A program made the translations under genes and the position numbers. This document shows, piece after piece, positions 11,709 to 26,700 of a DNA stretch of 64,000 bases. Position 1 is the stretch's first letter, and each line of letters begins with the position of its first letter. Below the pieces are notes generated by a model. The model saw only the letters and a list, made by a program, of their open reading frames with translations. It ran no database searches and was not told where the DNA came from. Source of the stretch: Podarcis bocagei (lineage: Eukaryota); NCBI GenBank assembly GCA_964188305.1, contig OZ076893.1. One strand, given 5' to 3'.

Positions 11709-14700
11709 TATTTAAAATGTAATTGAACATAAAGGAATGCAATGTTGTAAATTAAGATTTATAAGCAAAAGTAATAAACTGGTTTGAGAAATATAACTGA
11801 TTGATCGATAAGAATGATTGTTAGGTGCTTCAAAGCCTATTTAGTTAGCTTGTCAGCTACAAAGTTTCGGCATAGCTGATCACAGATAAAAATTACCTTA
11901 ACAATCTAGTGTTAGGAAATATAGGAAGTTAACATGTGAGAAACCTGCTTAGGAACTGTAGGAAAAGGTCTGGTACATGTGGAACATCTGTGTGCAGATC
12001 GGTGTCCCTATGGGCTAAATATTAACCACTTTTAAACGTCAATCTCTGTAGAAAAACAAATTCTGAGTACCCGTATCAGTCAGTGCCTGTAATGCTGGGA
12101 TAATATTCCATAGGTTAAAAGAATTCTAACATCAACTAGTACATTGCAACAATGAGCATGCTATATATACCTCATTCTAAATAAGTATTTGGTCGTGCCA
12201 GTTCTGGACTTCTTGCTATGCCCATGCCACCTCCTTTCTTAAGGTTCTGGGAGTAAAGGGGGAGTGTCTAAGTTTTAGATGGGTTTGGTTACTGAAGAAG
12301 CAGGCAGATTTCTTTGGGGCTAGAAATTTGGGCAGGTCTACTGTGACACTGGGTTCTTTGGGGTCTGCAACTGGTAGTGGCAACATGCTTGCTCACTGGT
12401 GGGTGGAGGGAGTCCTGCCCTTTTTGTAGTGAACATAATTTGTGCACCCAGATGCTCCCCCAAGTTGCTGTATGGCTAAAAGAGTGCGGTTAGAAGGGGG
12501 CCAGTTATGAGAATCATAGAGGAAGCAGCATTGTTATTTGCATGTCAGGGTCCAGCAAGGAGACCTTATAGAAGGGGACCTGATGAAGAGTGTGTGTAGC
12601 AAGTAAGCACATATCCACAGGTGACACTTTTGGGGCAAGGTAGGTACAGTGCACTTAAGTACTCAGGATGCTGAGTCATAATGTGAGTGGAGTTCATGGG
12701 CAGAGGTGGTACAGTTCATTCAATTTCCATGGGAGAACTCTTCATACAGACTTCAGAGCAGGGCATCTGCTACTTGCAAAGTCATATTCTTTGCAAAGTG
12801 TCACACTCCTCCATGCTTTGGGCCATCTCAGGTATTTGCATGTTCCCTGCTTCTTTCTTCCAGGGCTCACATGCTCACTTTGCCCTACTCTGCACATGCA
12901 AACCTCATGAGACTCTCAGAGGACACCGCTACCACTGGTCTACATGTAGCTGATCGTTGGATCAGAAGAGGGAAACCCACTTAAAGAATTGAAAAACTGA
13001 CCCTAAAGAAGGCAAATTGCTGAAAACAGAACCCTGGATGACTGCAACAGAAAGCAGAAGTGTAAGTGATAACAGAAAAGAAGTACAGAAATAAATAGTA
13101 CTCAGGTGGGTGGGTGAAAAAAGAGAATGGTGGTCAATAGCATCAGAGGCTAGTTATAAATCAATAATGGGGAAAGGTGTCAAATGTCATAGGGAGCACT
13201 CACCCTCATGGCATAGCTATCTTAATTTCCCCGGCTTTACCACTGTGTGTGAAATAATTTCCTCTGATTTAGAATGCAAACTCTTGTCTCTGTTTTAGCA
13301 CAGAGCAGAAATCTCCACTTGTCACTGCCACCAGTCTCTGTGATTACTAACTCAGATCAGGCATACCCTGGGTCAATACTTCAGACCAATTCCTATACAG
13401 AAAACCAAGATCCTTTTACATGAGATGGAATATAAAGTCAAATGACTGAACCAGCACCACACTTAAAAGTTTTATACCATTAGATACTATTACATCTTCA
13501 TGATCCCAAATAATCTTTCTGACTGCTTACTGTCCCCACAGAGCTTCAGCATAAAGTAACTGGACAATATAATGTGATCTCCAGCTGTGCTTTTAGTTGG
13601 CCAACCAAATGACAAATATAGTGGTTTAGTGTGAAATTCCTTTTGATGGATGAGTTTTGGCAGGTAAGCTGTTCCATTCAATAGGCTTCCTCTCAAAAAA
13701 CCCACAATGCGTTTAATTTGCAGGGGAATTGTACAGCTCTATTTTAAAAGCTGGTGCACATAAAAGTGAATATGGTATCAAGCCCATATTTTCTATGGAT
13801 GTGTCGTCACAACTGTCAAATAATTTGCAATTAGCAGAAAGGTATGTGATTTTATTTTACCCCCGGTGTTTTATACATGCCCTGCAGAATGCAAGTTCAA
13901 ATACATTTTAAAAAGATACTGATGCTTACTTAATATTTGCATCCATAGTTCAGAATCAGTTATGCTAGGATGGTATAGCCTTCAGTTTCAGGAAAGAGCC
14001 ATGGTGCTTATAAATTCACTCAAGCGTGGAAATAGATATGACACCTGATGAGCGCCATACCCCATAGTTGCTTTTGACTGGACTTAACCATCCAGGGGTC
14101 CTTTACCTTAATTCCATACTACGTAAGTACTACACTTTCCTACAGTCTCATATTGTGCTTACATACAGCTCAGTATTTATGCATCCACATTTTCCCTTGA
14201 TCTGTGAGCAGACTAGATCTGCAGGTCAAAGTAACCTAATGAACTAATCCAGAGGCTGAAAATCAACTAAAATTATGGCAGCTGCTATCCTATATACCCC
14301 GGGCTCTCACTTTTTCACACAAGCACAATACCACATTAAAATAATGTGGTATAAGTTTATTGAAAGAAGCTTGTGGGAGTTAGATTTTAAGAACTCCTAA
14401 AATGTACATGTGTGCTAATAATCTAAAAAGGAGTACCAGAGATAATACAGAAAACTGCAGTGCTTTTCTTTCAGAAGACTCAATAACAGTGCCAGGAGAA
14501 TTGTCAAACGTGGTATTTCATTCAACTTGTAATTTTAATTAGATAATCCTCACAAGTTATACTATTGCTAGGGAAGTGGCAAAGAAGTCTAGACTTGTTT
14601 CTTAAAAGTTTAGAAATTCATGCCAATAACATCCAAACTTAGGACCGAACTTAACTAACAGTTCCTACTTTTAAAAACATTGGGTGGAATGCAGCTAGTG

Positions 14701-14754
14701 TCTCAGCAGAGGAACCCTTTAATGGTTTAATTAAAGCAAGAAACTGCTAGGAGC

Positions 14755-15530
14755 TCCAAAATGTTCTCTCCAATCTGGAAGAATGGGAATTAAAATGGCA
14801 AGTGAAATTCAGTTTAAGTGTAAGGTGATACAAAATTCCTAACTTATATATGCTAATGACATCTGAATTGCTGGCAACTGATCAGGAATGAGACTTTGGA
14901 ATGAAGTTGCCAAACCAGTGTTCAGTCGTTATGAAAAAGGGTGAATTCCACCTTGGAGATAATTAGGAAAGGGACTGCTAATATCACAGTCTATGGTACA
15001 ACTACACTTGGAATACTATATACAGTTCACCTCAAAAAAGATATTGTAGAGTTGGAAAGGTTACAGATAGGAGCAACCAAAATGATCAAGGATCTAGAAC
15101 TACTAACAAAAGGTATAAAGGTGAGTAAATAGGGACATAATAGAAGTATACAGATTTATGTATGATGTGGAGAAAGCGGACAGGGAGAAAGACCCTCTCT
15201 TTCATAGTATCTAAGGCCATCCAATGAAGGTGAATGTTAGAAGATTCAGGACAGATGAAAGAATGCATGCACTTCTTCACACAGCGCACAAGATGCAGTG
15301 ATGTCTTTTAAATATTAAGCAAATTCATGGAGTATCAACAACTACTAGCCCTGATGGCTATTTACTGCCTCCAGAGGCAGAGGAAACATGCCCTGAATAC
15401 CTGTTGGTAGGGAGCTTAAGTGGTGAGTCCTACTGCACTCAGGTCATGCTTGCAGGCTTCCCTTGGCATCTCACTGACCACTACAAGAACAGGGTGCTGG
15501 ATCTGATATGCCTCAGGTCTCTTACATTCT
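14755..15530 (+). mobile_element. CR1 LINE 3' fragment (degenerate)
   Basis: WQVKF...KCKV and HLKKDIVELERLQIGATKMIK motifs of the CR1 ORF2 C-terminus, followed by a squamate CR1 3' UTR-like sequence. Confidence 0.8.
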
Positions 15531-17369
15531 TCTATTTAATCACTATTGGTATTATCAGACTAAGTCACAGTCGGAGTAGAGCTATTGAAAACAACTGACT
15601 TTAGTTATGATGAACTTAAATCCATTGATTTCAACAGGTCCATTTTAAGTATGACTTATTCTTATATCCCCTATTTCTCAAAACTTACAAATACACATGG
15701 GAAGCAACACCACTTACCATTCCATAAGCAATCCTGAGACCTCAGATCATTTCAGCTCCTCCTTTTCTGGAACTGCTTCCATCCCAGCCAGGTTGGGTTT
15801 TAATTTAAGTTTTTTTGTGGGGAGGGGGTACTCTTAAGATGAAGGCGTCCTTCGGTTTGCTTTTTTACCCTCTTTCTCATCCCCCTTCTGTGCTACATTT
15901 TTAAGACTGTAAGCCTGAATTTTTTTATTGATCTGTAAGCTCTTTTGGCTGAATATCTGGTTTTAAAGATGCTTTAAATAAGAAATAAATATTAGAGAAC
16001 AACACTAGGGAGGATGAAAACCAGCAGCTATCCAGGCACAAAGCATGGCAAGCATCAGATGTTGACACCACTACTCTCAATGAAGCAATTATGGGAAGTA
16101 ATGCACAAAAGTATTGCCATAAATAAGTTGACTGTAATTTGTTTATTGAGCTAACTACAGTATCTACAGTAGATACTTCTGTAAGATGTTATGGTGCCTA
16201 CATGCCAAACAAGGTATCTGGTCTGCAAGGTCCTTTGATACTCCAAACTACTATCACACTATCTTTCCATCACCCACCTAGAGATTTATAAACACCACTA
16301 GTCAAAGAGTTAATCTACATTTCACCACTCCCCACCCCCATCCCATTGTTGTTACTTTTCAAGGTAAGTGGTGAACTGTAAGCAATAAGAAAAAACTTGG
16401 CTTTTGTTAACATGCCCACATTTGTTGTAGCCTCTAAAAAAACAGCAAAGTGGTACACAGTCATAAATAAAAATAAAGCCATCTTAAAAAAAAGAGATTT
16501 TAAAATTAACAGAACTAGGCAATATTCCATACAAAATCAAGGATACATAGCAGTTTTCAGACATCAGCAAACACTCTCAATAAAAATTTAGCCCACCAAG
16601 AGAAATCTAACAGAGATGAGGACAGGTATACCTTAGCTGGCAAAGTGTTCCACTACGTGGGCATCACTGTGGAGAAGGTGCAGCCTCATGCCCTTGCAGC
16701 ACTCACATCTGTAAAAGACAGGGCATGGAGGTGCTTTTAGCACTTGCTATTCATATCAGCAAGTTCCAAGTGTGCATTTTGCTTAAATGGTACAAGCTTA
16801 TCAAAGCAACTAAATAGGCAACTGTCTTGGCAGCTGTTTTAGAAGCCTTGAGCATATGCTTCGTTGGCAGAAACTATTTTGCAAGTTATGTTAATCACAA
16901 ACTTTTGTAATCAAGTACCAACCCCAGTCAGATACTAGCCCACAAAATGTTTAAATATTATCAGATTGCAAACTAATAGAACCATTTTAACATTCTGTGA
17001 GCTAGTTTATTCCATTATTGAGAGGTCAGTGGCAAACATTATCTGACTTGAATTGGTCCATCAACAAACTATGAAGCACAAATTAAATTCCTGTATATTT
17101 TGTATGTGTAAGACAGGATGGTGATCAAATGGTGAAACAGCTGGACTTCAGCTGCTCTGCAAAACTCCAATCAACTATCTTATTTGAACCATATAGTCTC
17201 AGTAGCACTTGGCAAATTCACAGTGCTTGGCAAATTCAGAGACAGAGCTATGAAATATTCTGTAAGTTTTATAACCAAGTCTCTAACTCAGGAGAGTTCA
17301 TCTGTAAGGCTCGAGAATGTGGACAAGGGGCTTGGAACAGTCAGTGCAACCATTTGCACTCTGGATGAT

Positions 17370-18605
17370 GCTTATGGAGTGCTCTTCAGCCCCATGAAAC
17401 TTTCAATGTGGAGTTCCTCAGGATTCAATCCCCACCCTTAAACTACTGAAAACCACTGAGTGGGATTATCCAGAAGTTTGGAGTACATTGTCAGCAATTT
17501 GCTGATGACACACAGCTTTACTTCTCCTTTACATCTGTAGGTGCGACTGTGGATGTGCTGGACTGCCTTGATAAGGGACTGGGTAAGAGCCAACTCACTG
17601 AAGCTCAATCTAGATAAGACCAAGGCAATGTTAGTGGGTGGTTCCCTAGACCAGATGGAAGCAGTGGACACACCGCTGTCACTTGAGGCTCAGGTGGTCT
17701 TAGTGGCATGGAATGCCTTCCATCAGTTTCAGCTAGAGGCCCAGTGCACCTCTATTTGGACAGGAATAGCCAAACTTCTGTTGTCTATGCTCTGGTAAAC
17801 TCTAGGTTAGATTACAATGGGCTCCCTTTGAAGGTGAATTGGAAATTTCAGCTGGGGCAGAATTTGGTGGCTAGGTTGTTCACCAGGGTAAGAAGGTTTG
17901 AGCATGTTACAACAATCCTGTCCCAACTGCACTGGCTGCCAGTTAGTTTCCCAGCCCATTTCAAAGTGCTGGTTTTTACCTATACAGTCTTACCTCGGGC
18001 TGAAGTAGCTTCGGGCTAAGTATTTTCAGGTTGCGCGCTGCGGCGATTTGGACGTAACAGAGCATGTTACTTCTGGGTTTTGCCGCTCGTGCAGACAGTC
18101 AAAATGATATCACGCGCATGCGCAGAAGCGGCAAATCGCGGCCCGCGGGTGGCGTCCGCTTCTGGATGTGAACGGGGCTCCGGAACGGATCCCATTTGCA
18201 TCCAGAGGTACCACTGTAAAGCCTTAAATAGATCAGGACTGCAATACTTCAAAGACCACCCTCTCCCCATATGAACTGGCATGGACCCTGAGATCATCCT
18301 CTGATGCCCTTCTTCATGAGCCTCCTCCACGCAAGGTCTGGAGAGTGGCAACACGAGAACAGGCCTTTTCTGTGATGGCTCCCCATTTGTGGAATGCTCT
18401 TCCCAGAGAATATGGCACCTTCAATACATTTCTTTGGACACCGGGCAAAAATGTTTCTCTATAACCAGTCCTTTGGGTGATTAAATGTGTTTGTGGAAGG
18501 CAGAATTATTGGGTTTTAAAAATTATGTATTGTTGTCATTTTGTATTTTTATGTTATGAACCACCATGTGTTCTTCAGATGAAGGGCTGTATACTAATAA
18601 AATAA
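17370..18605 (+). mobile_element. L2 LINE (RT C-terminus plus 3' UTR), interrupted by a MITE
   Basis: QQFADDTQLYF, WVRANSLKLNLDKT, VVYALVNSRLDY and LHWLPV...FKVLVFTY|KALN motifs. Confidence 0.85.
17985..18216. mobile_element. Tc1/mariner MITE nested in L2
   Basis: TA|CAGTCTTACCTC...GAGGTACCACTG|TA; removing it restores L2 ACC TAT AAA GCC TTA. Confidence 0.88.
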
Positions 18606-19959
18606 AAACATCTCACACTAGTCAGAATTAGCATGTATACCTTTTCTGTGAATAGGCTCACTATTCAACTAACATTAGTTCTGGCATTAAAATCTAGTAA
18701 TTGAAGATGGAAACATCTGAGCAGGTAACCACATGGAAAAGGTTGCATGGATATTTGATCACTCTCTTATCTAAAACTTAGAATGGTACGAAATTACAGT
18801 GTATTTCTACAAATGCATAGAAACATGTATACTTTTAGAAGGGCTATAAGTACCAGATTCCTTTAAATTCTTACTGAGGCATGTGTTTGATGAAACTTGG
18901 ATAAAAACATTTGTTTCTGTTGAAGTAGCAGGTTTCAGTTTATTTAGTGAATCTGGTGGTGAATGTTGAACTATTTTCTTAAACGCAAGTCCCATTCCTG
19001 CTGAAAGACATCTAGGATTTCAGGTTTTTGTATGAATACATGATGTTATCACTGTCCTTGATTAAAAAGCATACAAGTTAGAAAGCACTTGGAATAGTGT
19101 GGCATAGCTGAATAATCTAACAATAAAAATGCTCTGTAATGAGCTTCTTGATAAGTGGGAATGTCAACCCAATTCAGATTTGTCACTTAATTTCAGGATG
19201 CTGGGCCCCAAATTCATTTATCCTCAACAGAAACATTTGACACAGGTTGAGAGGAAAAACTTGCCTAAGTTAACTTAAACAAGCTTCATGACTTTGCAGG
19301 ACTTCAAGCCTTGGAAAACTCACTTTATTCATTTATTACACAATACTGGTCAAAATTATACACATTTCTTTGATCATAATGTACACATCAAAATTATTTG
19401 CCCTAAGACCGTGTACTATTGTAGACAATCTTTCATCAGGCAAAACAGGGACTCTTTCATCATCAAGTGAAAGGGAGGGGCACCAACTGGATTCCAATTC
19501 ATGGCTTCAACCCAACTAAATCACTGCAAAAATGAAACAATTTCTGTTAGTGCAATGACAGTTCCCTTCCCCTTCATCCAAATACCTCCTAAATCTGCTC
19601 TGTGGGGTTCCCTCAGCCCTCTGGAGCAGATTAGAGGGTGTTGTAGGGGGGGGGAGAGTGAGAAGTACTGTTGCACTTGTGGAAACCATTTCACCTGCAC
19701 AATGATTTAGTTGGTTTTTATGACCTATAAAATGTAAGTGATCATATTGCAAAACGGAGTTATTGTGCACCAAAATAAACCAATTCCAATGGAATTTGGG
19801 ACTGAATTCACTGGACTGTAACAAATATTTATAGACCATCCAATCAATATAATTGTGAAAAACAATAGGGCACCTGTTCGATCTCAACTAGAAGGGAGTT
19901 CTACAAAATTGGCTTTACAATACTGAATGCACAGTTCATGGTGGATAAAAACCATGCAT

Positions 19960-20700
19960 TTGGGGACTCATTGGGCTGAGGTACCTCTAGCTGCACCATG
20001 GATCTTAATGGGGTCCCATCGTTGAAGGGGGAACTGGTAATATAAGATCAAAGCTTACCAAGAAATGGTCTGACCATAACAATGGGGTTATCAGGACACC
20101 TTTCTCCATTTCCAGACTCTCACTCCCACCTGCCCTGAATCAAACACAAGATTGAGGGTGTGATCATCTCTGTTTGCCAATGACAAACAGACAGTCATGG
20201 AGGTTATAAAGCCAGCATGGATGTTTAGTCCTCAGAATAACAGTTCTTCAACACCACCTTAGCAAACTCAGTCCAGAAGGGTTAGGGGTACACAAGCAAC
20301 ACTCCCAGTCTGTCTTGATGGCCAAATAGTAAGCTCTCAAAGCCCATTCCAGATCAGGGAGGTTTATTAGCCAGATAAATGAATTATATGGACTATAACA
20401 ACTCCAACTCGCACATGTGTGTTTATCCAATTCAGCTGGTGCTGTAGAAAGCACATAGGTGAACACACTTTCTTGATATCTAGCCCACATATGTCTCAGA
20501 AACGCATCCCAGAATGGCTCCCTCGTGAGTATGGTGTTATTGCGAACTGAACTGGTGTTAAACAGCTTCATTGTCGGAGCAGAAGGCCCAACAACCAAGC
20601 TACTAGCAGACAAGAGATGAGGGAAAGATCAGAAAGGGACATAGTCTGTACATGGCTGTGTCCCTTTTTCTGCAAATGGTATGTTTGCTCTCCAGTGTCA
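19960..20700 (-). mobile_element. Degenerate L2 ORF2 endonuclease (APE) fragment
   Basis: Minus-strand motifs LFNTSSVRNNT (NARS-like), DRLGVLLVY, HTLNLVF and PLLWSDHFLVSF. Confidence 0.65.
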
Positions 20701-23700
20701 TAACTTCTTCTGCCTGTAACCAATGGAATCAAGGAAAGCCTACTGACCTCCCCAGGCACATCCCAGAAAACTATCATGACTCTGCTCCATCCACCCTTAC
20801 AATATTAATTCTCAATATCCAGTTAAACACATACAGGATTTCCGTACCAACATAAAAACACTCAACACAATCTCATCCAACCACTACCAGCCCATAATCC
20901 CCAAGAATATCTATACAAGCCAACTTTTCATCAATCACTTACTACCACCACCTAGCAGTCAATGCATCAAACCTATTCCTATCCCATTCTATTTCCACAA
21001 CCGCCACACATAGTCTCAAGCCACCCAGCACTCATACTGTAAACAGATCCCAGTTGAATCCTCCACCCTAGCTGAAGGATTCCATTATCAAGCTTTCACC
21101 TGGTCATAGGTGTAGGTCCTATCCCAACACTCAGAAGATTTGTATTCCAACTCAGGAATCCTTCAAATGGGCACATGCAGCCACTAAAACCGAAAGAATA
21201 GTGCCCTTGCACCTTCCTAAAGCAGAACCCTTGCTTTGGTGTCATACCCTTTGGGGTTGCCTCTGCTGCAGTACCCCACCACTGCAACTCACTGTTTTAT
21301 GGAAGTGCCGCTTATATCTCCATGGGTCCAATATTCACCACTGCCACCTCTGCTTGGTAGTTCTCTGGCAAGCGTTGCTATTTGGCAGATGGTCTCAATC
21401 AAGAAAGCAATGACGGTTATCAGGAGCTAGGGTGGTTAGGTGTTTAAACAAAATTAGGTTACTGAAACAAATCAGTAAGCATATTGGATACAGTTGACCT
21501 TTTTATTAAAGTAATTTATTTTCTTGTTTCAAACTAATCTTTACTTGGTAATGGATCTGGACTTTAGTAGCAATCAGCCCAGCCACAGACTCCTTGAGTA
21601 ACTGTGGGAAATCATTTAGCCTTCTGTAGGTTTGAGAATCAAAAATATTTCTTCTCCACTCCAAGTCTCAGGATCAGAGCATGCTATAAAATCACAGTTT
21701 TTATTAATGATAACATTAAAAGGCAACTATCAAGCTATATGTATCTAATTCCTATTAAAGTTGCTTGTTTGCTTGCTCGCTTGCTCAAACAACAACAGTA
21801 TCCTCTCCCAATGGATTGAAATGCATTTTCTATCTGTTTATGGGAAAGTTCTTACACTTCAGTCTATACATATTTCTAATGTGGACACTGAAAAAAATAC
21901 ACGTTCCAACTGAACTGGCATTTTCAATAAGCATGCAATGCTGCATCTGCTCTTTAGATGCATGGTTCATAGTTTCTTAAAAGTCCCCTAGAGGAAAGCG
22001 ATTAAACCTGCATCAACTACACTCTCTTCCAACAAGCACAATCAGCTTTAACAATATCTGTTTGACTTGACAGAAAAGTTTAGTTCCAGAAAGTTTTTTA
22101 AATTGTTTGTACTTAGTAATGTTACTATTACTATGACTAATCTATTCTGAACATGCAAATAATAGTTTTGTGCTAGTTAAGAATACTAAATGATTTGCTG
22201 TGTAACCTCAATAAAAAATGTCAGCATTTTAAAGAAAACTTTTAGTATCAAAATATATACAACTATTTAATACCCAAAGCATATTTTAAACAATTATTTA
22301 CACTCCAAGTAATATTTAGAACATGATTTACCAGTTGTAAAGTTAACAACTGACATTTAATATTAAGTATAAAAATATTCCTACTCTTTTAGAACAAAAA
22401 TGTTTTGTATGATTTTCTATCTATCAACACACACAAACACACATGAATGAGGTTCTCTTGGCTGAACAAATCTTGATCACCAGTACGTAACTAAAATATC
22501 TTTAAGAGCCTTATGATAACAGTAGCATAGTATATTCAGGATACGTTATATGCTATCATACAATACATATAACTTTATAACATATAATATATATCTCATA
22601 CGCTAACATAACAAAACAAGTTTCTTTCACTTCTCAAAATGTAATTGCAGAACATTGCAGCCATCTCTCATTAAGGAAACACACTGAAGAAAGAAACAAC
22701 TATTCAATAACATATTTAAATAAGCTTGGACTATCCCTATTGCACTTGTCAAATGGAAAAAATACATTTTGTAACACAGTACTTTATTAGTTACTTGACC
22801 AGCACTTTGCAAAATTAACATAGTAGCTACAAATAAGTAATTGCTTTTGTAATTAAAATCAGAGATCCATGCTTAAAATCTGCTTAAATGGCAGAAATTC
22901 AATGTAACCATAGTAATTTTGAGTTTGATGTTATTGTGGGAGGGACATTATCACAGTATTCAAGATTAAAGGTATGTTAAAAATTAATGAATCCAGTTCA
23001 CCTTGTCAACATATGAATCAGATCTTAGCTTTTATAAAAGTAGTATTTGTCCATAAAAAAGCTGATAACTAATTCCCATTAAACACTTTCTAATCTGATT
23101 TCTAGGGATATTCTCCACAAAGCGACACTTTTGGCTCAACAAGTGCAAATAAGATTATAACAGCTTATGGCCAGACACTTTCTCCCCATGCTGAATTTCC
23201 TAATTTTTCTTTAAAAGTATATTTTCCTTAATTCTCTTTCTGTTTTCTTGTTAAGTTCCTAATACTTCATTTATTTAATGCAAGATATATGAATTCCATT
23301 TTGAATATTATAGCTTAGTCTTAGAACACATTCAATTTAAAAAGAGCTGAATTAAGAAATTATGCTATCTTGCAAATAACCTGCTTCATTTTCTTCTTGG
23401 AAATTATACCAGTTATTACTATACTCACACATTTTAACATTTAATGGGATATAGATCTGGCAAGAGATATGCATACATATGAAACATTCTACTACTATGT
23501 ACATTCTTTAATACAGCAAGTTCAGAGAATATATATTTAAACATACTGAGATAGGTAAAAAAACCTGTTTTTATAAACTAACTAATGTTAATATGACTGC
23601 ATCATCTTTTCTACTTGAATTCAGCTTACATATAAAAAATCCCAGCACTCACATTAACTTTGATGGCAATTTTGAAGCAATTTAAAGCACAATCCATAGA

Positions 23701-26700
23701 TTATATGAATTCTAACAATTGTTTTGATCAAAGAACATGGCACTTTCAACTGATATAAACACTTTTTGGAAACTGAATTCTTAGGTATGAGATTCCAAAA
23801 GTTATTTTTGCCAAGTCCTAAAACATACTGACAAATATATATGCAAAGGATAGGTAGCTAGTATATAAGATACCAATCAAACAATTATGTATAAAAACAA
23901 ACTTTAACATTTTAAAGGCTGACTTAGTGCTGGGTAAGATAGTGCACAGAATATTCTAATTGCTACTTATGCAATAGCAAATGAAATCTTTGCAATAACA
24001 AAGAAAAATACTAAAATTTCCAATAAAGAAGCAACATATTCAGTCTACTGATTCTATTCACAAATCCATGACATTTCCAAATCAAGAACTGAACTACAAT
24101 TATATATATATGTTTTCTTCCTAATATATTATCTATTACTGAAATGTTTTACTTGCTTAATGCAGCAACCATCCATCATGTGTTAGATTTCAAACACATT
24201 TTGTATGTCAGATCAGTACAAAATATTACATTGTTCACATATTTGAATTGTTTTACATTGTTCTGAAAGGCTTTCTAAATAGTTAGAAATTGGTTAAAGA
24301 TGGTCAACAGCTCATTTGGACAGCTATTAAATCTTTCTACTAAAACAAATGAATGGTATCTGCAGATATTTGCTTTCAGAAGCATACCATCAACATATAT
24401 TCAGATTTTCCTTTTAGCACTACAGTATAGTGAACCACAAAAGGGGTTTGAAGACTATACCCTAAAATATAAGTTTCTTATAATCAAAGTAATGTTTCAG
24501 TATGATTTTATGGTATATCATTAAGTGCATAAAATTATTAAATTGTCACTATTAGTGGCAGAGGATTTTACCACTACAAGGTGCTTTTCTAAGAGTACTC
24601 CAACTCCATAGCAAACTCTCAACATGAATAAATCAGCTGAATGCACTGAAGTGAGCAACTTCAAATATATGTATTAACAGAGTAAAATTGTGGTGGTGAG
24701 TCACCATTTTGACAAAAAAAATGCTTAATAAGAAGATGACAATTAATTACAATTATATTTATATACACCAACATTTAAAACTTACAATGAAAAGCTCAAA
24801 AACTACTTTAGACTTCAAAGGTTTTGCTTAAGGCAAGTAGTGTCACCAAGTAGTTTGGCCAATAAGATTCACTCAAGACACCTTGGAATCTGTCTGCAAA
24901 ATCTATAGTATATAATAATGGATCTACATTATATGAATTATAAGAAATTCAACTAATTTCATAGAACATTGTTTTAACCAATCAACTAAAATTATATGCA
25001 AGTGCTCCATAGTTTTAACAAAATAGTTCTCAAAGATAAATACAGCTTTATCAGCATCCATAAATTCAATGTTTCAGGCTATTTTTCTACTAACAGTTAC
25101 TTTTCTCAGTCTCCTTACTGTTAAATGTATTACTGGAATGAGTATTCAAACTTAAAGGCATTAAATTTGCATATGATGGAGAACTTTCATGACAGAGGAA
25201 GAAAGCAAAATTGTAATTTGTGCTTTCAGAAAAATGTATTTCTTCCACAATGCTTTTACCATGATACTTAATAATTGTACAGCAGATCTGTATATACATC
25301 TAAAGATCCAAATGCAAGTTTTGTACTTCTGCATATCTACAAAATAGCTTTAAAATTTAGATTAGGAAAAGCCACCAGACTTCATGTGTTCTGACTTCTG
25401 AGCTTAACAATTCATGCCACAAACATTGTTATGGTTAATGCCTGTGATAAAACGTGCATGCTGTATCAAATGTATTTAGGATAAGAACTGACTACAGGCT
25501 AAATTTCTGCTTATTATGCTAGGTGCACTTATGAACCTAGTATCTTAACTGGTAGATGAAAATGATCTACAAACACTAGTAATTCATGTGACATTCTTAA
25601 ACCATATGGCATGCATCAGCCATTTGCAAAGTTTGCTTTCAGATATTTTCTATTTTGATTTAAATGATAACGTTTATGCCAAAAATAGAGTTGTTTTCAA
25701 TAAAAAATAAATGTGTATACAACTCCATGTTAACAGATCAATGTTCCCCTTATGAGCTGATTATTATTATTATTATTTATTAAACCTGTATACTGCCCTT
25801 CACCCAAAGATCACAGGTGATTCACAACATAAAAATACAAAACGAGAACACAAAATACAATAAAACAAACCAATAACCCCCTCCCACAGACACATTATTA
25901 TTACTATACAATTTGTATAAATTCATTCTCTAAGAATAAATGACGCAGTTTAATTTTGGAGACCGTGTCATTGGAAAACAAGGTGCTTTCACCTGAAGCC
26001 ACAGGATTATCCAGGACAATAGTCCACTACATAATGCAATAAAGGTACAAGACATCTATGATAACAAATGATGAAATCTTATGTACACTGGAGAATCAAG
26101 CCCCTCAACACAGTGAATAGAAAATTGATTTGGTATATAAAGAACAAAAGAAAGTATAACTGATGGAGTTTCTCTCGAGATTTGGTCCATCTCTTTGAGC
26201 AGAATACGTGCTAGCAAGAGTTTAATTTAGATTTAAATCAAGACAGTGAAAGAGCAAATCACTTGAAATGAAAATGTAATTGTGCATAAGAAACACAAGA
26301 TCTGAGACAATAGATTTCCGAAATACCATTCTACTACCCAGCAGCATTTTAAACATTTAAGCTAAGTCTTTATAGATAACATTTCTTATCATGGAAGTCA
26401 CACATTTATAAGTTAAAGATACAGCAACATCTATCATAGATGCTTTCTTGGAATCTGTTTCAATTAACAAACATTTACTGTCCAACAAATAATAAAAGCA
26501 CAACTATGTAAGATTTAACCTAAAATTAGAATTTATTTCAATAAAACCAAATCTAGAGACATTACACAAATCTGTAATAGCGCAATTTAGAACACTGCAT
26601 GTATTCTAACCCCTTGAATATTGCATGTTTGAAATATGAACAGGTTTGTATTTTAAATCAATGGAATGAAACAGAAGATATCCAAACAAGTTGTCAATGT

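Noticed and set aside
20248-21430. ORFs that could suggest an endogenous viral env or DIRS element (signal-peptide-like MAVSLFLQMVCLL; EGPTTKL)
   Set aside because: The minus strand shows ordered L2 endonuclease motifs over 19960-20700. The viral/DIRS similarities are short and inconsistent in strand. 20700-21430 remains unassigned.
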